Below, piece by piece: positions 56,290-64,000 of a stretch of DNA of 64,000 nt. Position 1 is the first letter of the stretch. Each line of letters begins with the position of its first letter. This stretch comes from an uncultured Roseivirgaceae bacterium (GTDB taxonomy: Bacteria > Bacteroidota > Bacteroidia > Cytophagales > Cyclobacteriaceae), in assembly GCA_964393795.1 (NCBI GenBank), contig CAYMWA010000002.1, positions 15,604 through 79,603 of the forward strand. The letters run 5' to 3'. The notes beneath the pieces are model-generated. The model ran no database searches, was not told the DNA's origin, and saw only the letters and a program-made list of their open reading frames with translations. The position numbers were made by a program, and so were the translations under genes.

Positions 56290-57348
56290 ATGAAGCAGGA
56301 AACGATTATTATCACAGGCGGCGCCGGATTCATTGGCTCACATGTGGTCCGGCTGTTTGTTAACAGGTACAAACGGTATCAGATCATCAATCTGGACAAG
56401 CTTACCTATGCGGGCAATCTCGAAAACCTCAAAGATGTCGAGCACGCACCAAACTACAAATTTGAGAAAGGAGACATCCTTGATCTCAAGTTTCTGTTTG
56501 AATTGTTCAGAAAGTACGACGTTAACGGCGTTATTCACCTCGCTGCCGAGTCACATGTAGACCGGTCGCTGCACAACCCCGCCGAGTTCGCCAATACAAA
56601 CATTATCGGAACGCTCAACTTGCTTCAGGCGGCCATGGGGGCATGGCAGGCCGACATGACCGGCAAACGGTTTTACCATATTTCGACAGACGAAGTGTAC
56701 GGCAGCGCCGCCCATGGTGAGTACTTCACTGAAGAGACCGGCATCGATCCGCGGTCACCTTACTCTGCATCGAAGGCGAGCAGCGACCATTTTGTGAGTG
56801 CTTTCCATCACAGCTTCGGCTTGCCCACCCTTATCAGCCGTTGTTCGAACAACTATGGGCCTTTCCATTTTCCGGAAAAGTTGATACCGCTGATGATTAA
56901 TAACATCATTCAAAAGAAGCCGCTCCCCGTTTATGGACAAGGTGAAAATATTCGGGACTGGCTGTACGTCGAAGACCATGCGCGCGCCATTGACATGATC
57001 TATCACAAGGGCCATCCCGGAGAAGTGTACAACATCGGTGGCAGCAACGAGTGGAAGAACATCGACCTCGTCATGCTGCTTTGTCGTATCATGGACAAGA
57101 AGTTGAGCCGCGAAGACGGCGAATCGGAAAAACTTATCACGTACGTCAAGGACCGTCCCGGGCATGACTTACGGTACGCGATCGATGCCTCCAAGTTGAC
57201 GAGTGAAACCGGATGGCGCCCTGAGACGTCGTTCGAAGTGGGGCTTGAGAAAACGGTCGACTGGTACCTCACCAATCAGGAATGGCTGCGAAATGTCACT
57301 TCCGGTGCCTATCTTCAGTACTATGCAAAAATGTACCAGGAACGATAA
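56290..57348 (+). CDS. rfbB: dTDP-glucose 4,6-dehydratase
   Basis: TGGAGFIGS, LDKLTYAGN, AAESHVDRS, ISTDEVYG, YSASKA and DRPGHD.RYA motifs. Confidence 0.96.
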   Translation: MKQETIIITGGAGFIGSHVVRLFVNRYKRYQIINLDKLTYAGNLENLKDVEHAPNYKFEKGDILDLKFLFELFRKYDVNGVIHLAAESHVDRSLHNPAEFANTNIIGTLNLLQAAMGAWQADMTGKRFYHISTDEVYGSAAHGEYFTEETGIDPRSPYSASKASSDHFVSAFHHSFGLPTLISRCSNNYGPFHFPEKLIPLMINNIIQKKPLPVYGQGENIRDWLYVEDHARAIDMIYHKGHPGEVYNIGGSNEWKNIDLVMLLCRIMDKKLSREDGESEKLITYVKDRPGHDLRYAIDASKLTSETGWRPETSFEVGLEKTVDWYLTNQEWLRNVTSGAYLQYYAKMYQER

Positions 57349-57378
57349 CTTAAAACTTATCACTTAAAACTTACAACT
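57344..57378. repeat. Heptamer tandem array (5 units, TAAAACT-like)
   Basis: GATAACT TAAAACT TATCACT TAAAACT TACAACT fills the rfbB-rfbA spacer. Confidence 0.85.
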
Positions 57379-57381
57379 CAA

Positions 57382-58248
<867 letters not shown>

Positions 58249-58250
58249 TT

Positions 58251-58335
58251 TGGCGGTTGGCTGTTGGCTGTTAGCTTTTGGCGGTTGGCTTTTGGTTGTT
58301 AGCCAACAGCCAACAGCTAACCGCCAACAGCCAAC
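58251..58335. repeat. Inverted heptamer array (7 forward + 5 reverse TTGGCTG-like units)
   Basis: TGGCGGT TGGCTGT TGGCTGT TAGCTTT TGGCGGT TGGCTTT TGGTTGT, then TAGCCAA CAGCCAA CAGCTAA CCGCCAA CAGCCAA. Confidence 0.92.
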
Positions 58336-59337
58336 CTACTGCTCATAATACAGTGTATTCAGCACTGTTGTCCCAACGATACCGAGCATTCTGCTGCTGA
58401 TCAGCTCGAGGTTGTCCTTGTGCGTATGGTGAAAATCGCCGAAGTAGCCAATGCCTGGTTCGTAGTGTACGATATCGATCATTGGTATTCTTGCGATTGT
58501 ATTGACGAAGAAGTGATCGTCTGTGATGGGCTCCTGTGTTTTGCGAACAAAGGCGTAACCATAGCCCAGCCGCTGGGCGTGATCCCAGACACGGTCGACG
58601 ATGCTTGGGGCGAATTGCATCGAGTATCCCTCTCTGTGAAATTGTGCATTTTGCGCTCCCACCATGTCGAGGAGGATGCCATAGTAGGCTGAGTAGTTGG
58701 GTTTGTGTTTGTTCTTTGACCAGTACTGCGAGCCGAGGCACCACCATGCATCCAAGCCCTGCGGCAGCGGATGGGTACCCTGTTCGCCTTCGCGTTCGCC
58801 CCAGTCTTCGCCATCGAACAGGATAATGTCGATCCCCACTTCGGGCAGCGGAGAAGAACTCAGGACGCGTGCAATTTCGAGCAGTACGGCCACGCCGCTT
58901 GCGCCGTCGTTTGCCCCGGGAAAGGGTTTGTTCGGCGCTTCGGCATCCTTATCGGCAAATGGTCGCGTGTCCCAATGCGCAGCGAGCAGTATCCGCCTGG
59001 TTTTGTCTGGGTTGAAGGAAGCGATAATATTCCTGAGGTTTAGTTTTACCCCGTCAAAAGTCTCCATCTGGAATTCCTGCACAGTTACATCTGCCCCATA
59101 CCGTGTAAACGTTTCGACGAAATAGTCGCCAGCCTGACGATGTGCCGCGGTGTTCGGGATCCGCGGGCCAAACGACAGTTGTTTTTCGACGAAGTGATAG
59201 GCCGAATCGGCGCTAAATACGGGGACGACAACGTTCCGGGGAAGTTCATCCTGTTCGACTGCTTGCTTTTTATCGCGATCTCTGCCGCAGGAGGCCAGCA
59301 AAAGCATGATGAAGGGTAGTACCAATCTCTTGTTCAT
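58336..59337 (-). CDS. M28-family peptidase / glutaminyl-cyclase-like lipoprotein
   Basis: Lipobox LASC. AHWDTRP, GANDGASGV, FDGEDWG, LLDMVG, DDH and HHT motifs. Start at MNKRL. Confidence 0.92.
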   Translation of the reverse strand: MNKRLVLPFIMLLLASCGRDRDKKQAVEQDELPRNVVVPVFSADSAYHFVEKQLSFGPRIPNTAAHRQAGDYFVETFTRYGADVTVQEFQMETFDGVKLNLRNIIASFNPDKTRRILLAAHWDTRPFADKDAEAPNKPFPGANDGASGVAVLLEIARVLSSSPLPEVGIDIILFDGEDWGEREGEQGTHPLPQGLDAWWCLGSQYWSKNKHKPNYSAYYGILLDMVGAQNAQFHREGYSMQFAPSIVDRVWDHAQRLGYGYAFVRKTQEPITDDHFFVNTIARIPMIDIVHYEPGIGYFGDFHHTHKDNLELISSRMLGIVGTTVLNTLYYEQ

Positions 59338-59357
59338 GCGGTTAATTAACACAATAT

Positions 59358-59388
59358 TTTGATGGAATCTCAAAATGTCATAATTTTG
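59358..59388 (+). promoter_or_regulatory. rimP-nusA-infB promoter
   Basis: TTTG (59358-59361), 19 nt, then TAATTTTG (59381-59388). Confidence 0.75.
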
Positions 59389-59411
59389 CGGAGCTTCTGA
59401 AAAACAATTTG

Positions 59412-59440
59412 GAGGGGACAAGTTAGTCCCCTCTTTGTTT
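59412..59440 (+). terminator. Leader terminator/attenuator-like hairpin upstream of rimP
   Basis: GAGGGGAC-AAGTTA-GTCCCCTC followed by TTTGTTT, between the promoter and the ATG. Confidence 0.7.
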
Positions 59441-59454
59441 ATACAATATTTTTT

Positions 59455-59922
59455 ATGGATCAGGCCGGTGAAATCCGAAGTCTCGCGGAAGAGAATTTGT
59501 CACCTGATAAATTTGTGGTGGCGGTCCGAGTGTCCGGAAAAAAGAAAAGTGCGAAGCGGGTGTCGGTGATCATTGATGGTGACACCGGCGTCAATATTGA
59601 CGATTGTGCTAATCTCAGTCGCGTGCTGTCGAAAGCGTTTGACGAGCGCGACATCTTTGGCGATGACAACTATGAGTTGGAAGTCTCGACGCCGGGGCTG
59701 GACCAACCGCTTTCCATGAAACGGCAGTATGCCAGGAACGTTGGCCGGAACATGAAGGTCGTGAGCGGCGACAGCATTGTGCAGGGTAAACTCGCTGAAG
59801 TGACAGCCGACAAAATTGTGCTGATTCAGGAGAAGGGCACCGGTAAGAAGAAGGTGACGAGCGAACACGAAATTCCGTTCTCCAACATCGACAAGGCTTT
59901 TGTACTTGCATCCTTTAAATAA
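59455..59922 (+). CDS. rimP: Ribosome maturation factor RimP
   Basis: IDGDTGVNIDDC..LSR, LEVSTPGLDQPL and QY.RNVGR motifs. First gene before nusA. Confidence 0.95.
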   Translation: MDQAGEIRSLAEENLSPDKFVVAVRVSGKKKSAKRVSVIIDGDTGVNIDDCANLSRVLSKAFDERDIFGDDNYELEVSTPGLDQPLSMKRQYARNVGRNMKVVSGDSIVQGKLAEVTADKIVLIQEKGTGKKKVTSEHEIPFSNIDKAFVLASFK

Positions 59923-59934
59923 TATTTTAACTAT

Positions 59935-61203
59935 ATGGATATTGCAACATTAATAGAATCGTTTGCTGAGTTCGCAAAACAGAAGAACATTGACCGGCCT
60001 ACGATGATCCGTATACTGGAAGACGTCTTCCGGAACATGATCAAGAAGAAGTACGGGGTGGACGAAGACGGCAGGGTGATTCCTACGGATAACTTTGATA
60101 TCATTATCAACGCCGACAAGGGAGACCTCGAGATTTACCGGATTCGCGAGATTGTGGAGGATGATTCCGAAGACATCTGGGATCACGACAAGATCAGCCT
60201 GACGGAGGCGCGAAAGATTGAACCTGATTTTGAAGTAGGCGAGGAAGTGTCCGAACAAATTGACATTGAGGCGTTTGGACGAAGGGCCGTCACGACGGCT
60301 CGGCAGACGCTGATGCAAAAGGTGAAGGATCTTGAAAAGGATATCCTGTATCAGAAGTACAAGGATATTGTAGGGGAGATCATCACGGGTGAGGTGTACC
60401 AGGTGTTGAGCAAGGAGGTATTGCTTATTGACGGCGAGGGCAACGAGATTTCGATTCCCCGCGGTGAGCAGATACCGAAAGACCGCTATCGCAAGGGCGA
60501 AAACGTGCGGGCCATTGTCCACAAGGTGGAGATGGTGAACGGAAACCCGAAGATCATCCTGTCACGCACATCGCCTGTCTTTCTGGAACGCCTGTTTGAG
60601 CAGGAGGTGCCTGAAGTATATGACGGATTGATCACCATCAGGAAGGTGGTGCGCGAGCCGGGCGAACGGGCAAAGGTCGCTGTTGAATCGTACGATGACC
60701 GGATCGATCCTGTAGGTGCGTGTGTGGGGATGAAGGGGTCGCGTATTCACGCAATTGTACGTGAATTGCAGAATGAGAACATTGATGTGATTAACTTTAC
60801 GGAAAATCTCGAACTCTACATTCAGCGTGCGCTGAGTCCGGCAAAGATCACATCCATCAAGATCGACAAGGAAAGCGGCCGTGTATCGGTATATTTGAAA
60901 CCGGATCAGGTTTCACTAGCTATCGGGAAGGGAGGGTTAAACATCAAGCTTGCCAGCCGCCTGGTAGGATATGAGATTGACGTCTTCCGCGAACTTGCCG
61001 AAGGACAGCAGGATGAGGATGTTGATCTTGATGAGTTTGCTGATGAGATCGAAGATTGGGTGCTCGACGAACTGAAGCGCATCGGGTTGGATACCGCGAA
61101 AAGCGTGCTGAACCTAAATAAAGATGAGCTTGTTCGCAGAACAGATCTTGAAGAGGAAACAGTTGAGAGTGTTCTCGGTGTCTTAAAGAAGGAATTTGAG
61201 TAA
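59935..61203 (+). CDS. nusA: Transcription termination/antitermination factor NusA
   Basis: FGRRAV, REPGERAKVAV, DPVGACVG..GSR and AIGKGG.N..LA motifs. Confidence 0.98.
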   Translation: MDIATLIESFAEFAKQKNIDRPTMIRILEDVFRNMIKKKYGVDEDGRVIPTDNFDIIINADKGDLEIYRIREIVEDDSEDIWDHDKISLTEARKIEPDFEVGEEVSEQIDIEAFGRRAVTTARQTLMQKVKDLEKDILYQKYKDIVGEIITGEVYQVLSKEVLLIDGEGNEISIPRGEQIPKDRYRKGENVRAIVHKVEMVNGNPKIILSRTSPVFLERLFEQEVPEVYDGLITIRKVVREPGERAKVAVESYDDRIDPVGACVGMKGSRIHAIVRELQNENIDVINFTENLELYIQRALSPAKITSIKIDKESGRVSVYLKPDQVSLAIGKGGLNIKLASRLVGYEIDVFRELAEGQQDEDVDLDEFADEIEDWVLDELKRIGLDTAKSVLNLNKDELVRRTDLEEETVESVLGVLKKEFE

Positions 61204-61248
61204 ATAATTCACACTCGAACACAGAAATTACAAAATACATAGGGATAT

Positions 61249-63951
61249 TTGAGCATGGCTGAACAAAAGATGATACGGTTAGGGCAAGCGTCGCGGAAAC
61301 TTAATGTCGGGCACAACACCATATTGGAGTTCTTGACTCAGAAGGGTTTCTCCGTTGACAACAATCCTAACACCAAACTTACAAGCGAGCAGTATGCTGT
61401 GCTCGCGAAGGAGTTTGCATCTTCTGCCTCAGAGAAGCGGGAAGCGTCTGAATTGACGATTGGTACCAAGCACATTGAGAATATTACGGCCGAGCGCGAG
61501 AAGGAAGCAGCGAAGAAGCGAGTTGATGAGGAGGAAAGCATCCTGATCAAGAATCTGGGTTCGAAGGACCTGAAGGCGAAGGAAGAGCGGGCGGAGAAAG
61601 TCGAGAGCGAAGCACCGAAGCTTGAGGGCATCAAGGTGCTCGGCAAGATCGACCTGGAGAAGAAACCGGCTGCGAAAAAAGAAAAGGAAGAACCATTGCC
61701 TCCGGCACCCGCGCCCGAACCGGCACCTGCACCTGTCTCGGAGGTCGCACCTCCCCCTGCTGAAGAAACACCGGCACCCGCTGCTACAGAAGAAAAGCCG
61801 GCGGATCATCAGGAGCTGATCAAGGCACGCGCTGACAAGCTGCAGGGCCTCAAGGTGGTGGACAAGATTGAACTTCCCGTTGACAAGCGGCGTGAGGCAC
61901 CACCGGTCGCCTCTTCCGATGTGCGGGAAGACAGGAAAGGGAAACGACCACGGAAGCGCATCTCTACCGATGGTGCGGCACAGAAGGGTGGCGGAACAAG
62001 ACCGCAGCAGCGCGGCCGTCCTGGTCAAAGAATTCATAAGGAAGAACCTTCCGAAAAGGAAATCCAGGATCAGATCAAAGCGACGCTGGCGAAACTCAGC
62101 GGCGGTGGCAAGAAGACCAGCGGTTCCAAGTACCGCCGCGAAAAACGCCAGGCATACTCCGACGCCCAGGAGCAACAGATGCTGCAGGAAGAAAAGTCGT
62201 CCAAAATTCTGAAGGTAGCGGAGTTCATCTCCGCCAACGACCTCGCATCACTGATGGATGTTTCCGTCAATGACGTGATCTCTGCCTGTCTCGGATTGGG
62301 GATGTTCGTTTCCATCAACCAACGACTTGACGCGGAGGCGATAACAGTAATCGCTGATGAGTTCGGCTATGATGTGCAGTTTACCTCCGCCGATGACGAC
62401 CTGGTCGTCCAGGAAGAAGAGGATGCTGAAGAGGAACTGGAACCGCGTGCGCCGATTGTGACCATTATGGGCCACGTCGACCACGGAAAGACGTCATTGC
62501 TCGACTACATTCGCAATACCAAAGTTACCGCATCTGAAGCCGGTGGCATCACGCAACACATCGGCGCCTATGACGTCACGACACGTAGCGGCAACAAGAT
62601 CGCTTTCCTCGATACCCCTGGTCACGAAGCTTTTACGGCCATGCGGGCACGGGGTGCAAAACTGACCGACATCGCTATTATCGTAGTGGCAGCAGATGAC
62701 GACGTGATGCCTCAGACGAAAGAGGCCATCAACCACGCCCTGGTCGCGGGGGTGCCGATCGTTATTGCGATCAACAAGATCGACAAACCCAACGCCAACC
62801 CAGACAAAATCAAGGAATCCCTTTCCAAAATCAATATTCTTGTTGAGGACTGGGGTGGAAAATATCAATCGCAGGAAATCTCGGCTAAATCGGGGGCAGG
62901 AATCGAAGACCTGCTCGAAAAGGTGCTGCTTGAAGCGGAACTCTTGAACCTGCGCGCCAATCCGAACAGACCTGCGACCGGTTCAGTCATCGAAGCGACC
63001 CTCGACAAGGGCCGTGGATATGTTACTACCGTGATGATTCAAAGCGGTACACTGCGCACGGGGGATATCCTCCTGGCAGGTCCGCACTACGGCCGCGTAA
63101 AAGCGATGTTCGACGATACGGGCAAAAGAGTGAATGAAGCGGGTCCGGCAACACCGGTTGTGGTACTCGGTCTCGACGGCGCCCCTCAGGCAGGTGAAAA
63201 GATCAACGTGATGGAGACGGACCGCGAAGCAAGGGAACTTGCGACAAAGCGGAACCAGCTGTTGCGGGAGCAAAGCATGCGCACGAAGAAGCACATCACC
63301 CTCGATGAAATTGGTCGTCGCCTCGCCATAGGTAACTTCAAGCAGTTGAACGTGATCGTGAAAGGTGACGTGGACGGATCGGTCGAAGCCCTTTCCGACT
63401 CCCTGCTCAAACTGTCGACGCCGGAGGTGGAGGTAAGCATTATCCATCGCGGTGTTGGACAAATCTCCGAATCGGATGTATTGCTGGCATCGGCGTCTGA
63501 TGCCATTGTCGTCGGCTTCCAGGTGCGGCCTTCACAGGCGGCACGACGCATCGCTGAGCATGAAGAAATCGAAATACGCCTCTACTCTATTATCTACGAT
63601 GCGATTGCAGACGTGAAGGATGCGATGGAAGGCATGCTTGCGCCGAAGGTGGAAGAAGTGATCGTCGGCAATGCGGAAGTTCGCGAAGTGTTCAAGATCT
63701 CCAAGGTAGGAACGATTCTCGGTTGTATGGTGACGGATGGCACGATCAAACGGTCAAATCCGATCCGCCTTATCCGCGACGGGATTGTCGTGTATCAGGG
63801 GAAACTCTCGTCGCTCAAGCGATTCAAAGACGACGTGACCGAAGTCCGCTCAGGATTCGACTGTGGAATCGGCATCGAAGGATTTAACGATATGAAGGTC
63901 GGGGACGTCATAGAAAGTTACGAAAACCGCGAAGTAAAGCGGAGTCTATAG
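61249..63951 (+). CDS. infB: Translation initiation factor IF-2
   Basis: [35 protein letters not shown] and [11 protein letters not shown] motifs. Confidence 0.98.
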   Translation: MSMAEQKMIRLGQASRKLNVGHNTILEFLTQKGFSVDNNPNTKLTSEQYAVLAKEFASSASEKREASELTIGTKHIENITAEREKEAAKKRVDEEESILIKNLGSKDLKAKEERAEKVESEAPKLEGIKVLGKIDLEKKPAAKKEKEEPLPPAPAPEPAPAPVSEVAPPPAEETPAPAATEEKPADHQELIKARADKLQGLKVVDKIELPVDKRREAPPVASSDVREDRKGKRPRKRISTDGAAQKGGGTRPQQRGRPGQRIHKEEPSEKEIQDQIKATLAKLSGGGKKTSGSKYRREKRQAYSDAQEQQMLQEEKSSKILKVAEFISANDLASLMDVSVNDVISACLGLGMFVSINQRLDAEAITVIADEFGYDVQFTSADDDLVVQEEEDAEEELEPRAPIVTIMGHVDHGKTSLLDYIRNTKVTASEAGGITQHIGAYDVTTRSGNKIAFLDTPGHEAFTAMRARGAKLTDIAIIVVAADDDVMPQTKEAINHALVAGVPIVIAINKIDKPNANPDKIKESLSKINILVEDWGGKYQSQEISAKSGAGIEDLLEKVLLEAELLNLRANPNRPATGSVIEATLDKGRGYVTTVMIQSGTLRTGDILLAGPHYGRVKAMFDDTGKRVNEAGPATPVVVLGLDGAPQAGEKINVMETDREARELATKRNQLLREQSMRTKKHITLDEIGRRLAIGNFKQLNVIVKGDVDGSVEALSDSLLKLSTPEVEVSIIHRGVGQISESDVLLASASDAIVVGFQVRPSQAARRIAEHEEIEIRLYSIIYDAIADVKDAMEGMLAPKVEEVIVGNAEVREVFKISKVGTILGCMVTDGTIKRSNPIRLIRDGIVVYQGKLSSLKRFKDDVTEVRSGFDCGIGIEGFNDMKVGDVIESYENREVKRSL

Positions 63952-64000
63952 GTTGCAAAACTACAGGCCTCGCTGCCAAAGCCATCGCAGGATAGCGCGC

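Noticed and set aside
61660-61810. Pro/Ala repeats in infB
   Set aside because: This is the ordinary variable N-terminal linker of IF-2.

Overview
Core-genome segment of a Bacteroidota bacterium. It is most likely a Cytophagales lineage, inferred from the TTTG-N19-TAnnTTTG promoters, the murF-alr fusion, the rpsU-xerC-hpf block and the DUF4783/gpmI arrangement. About 52 intact protein genes are present. Housekeeping genes include fumC (partial), recJ, lptB, recX, nadC, gpmI, purEK, feoAB, murF-alr, corA, metK, hpf, xerC, rpsU, ugd/uxs/rfbB/rfbA and rimP-nusA-infB. I saw no rRNA, tRNA, CRISPR array, IS or prophage. The best leads are: (1) a type III PKS + methyltransferase + divergent UbiA prenyltransferase + flavoprotein cluster (32.5-37.5 kb), a candidate prenylated phenolic-lipid/quinone pathway; (2) two small ORFs below the ORF-track cut-off, a 56-aa peptide ending KKNLGCG divergent from feoA and a 37-aa single-TM peptide; (3) a stand-alone HisA paralogue lacking the catalytic Asp; (4) two heptamer-repeat arrays flanking rfbA, one forming a multi-register hairpin; (5) a secreted Gly-rich polyglycine-II-like protein and a ~1650-aa secreted protein of unknown function; (6) candidate operators: tandem CTAA-N5-TTAG boxes before a repair-type radical SAM gene, TGCAAC-N3-GTTGCA before a TonB receptor, an AT palindrome at feoA, and sigma54 motifs before an atypical receiver protein. 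All family assignments come from motif recognition by eye; no database searches were run.
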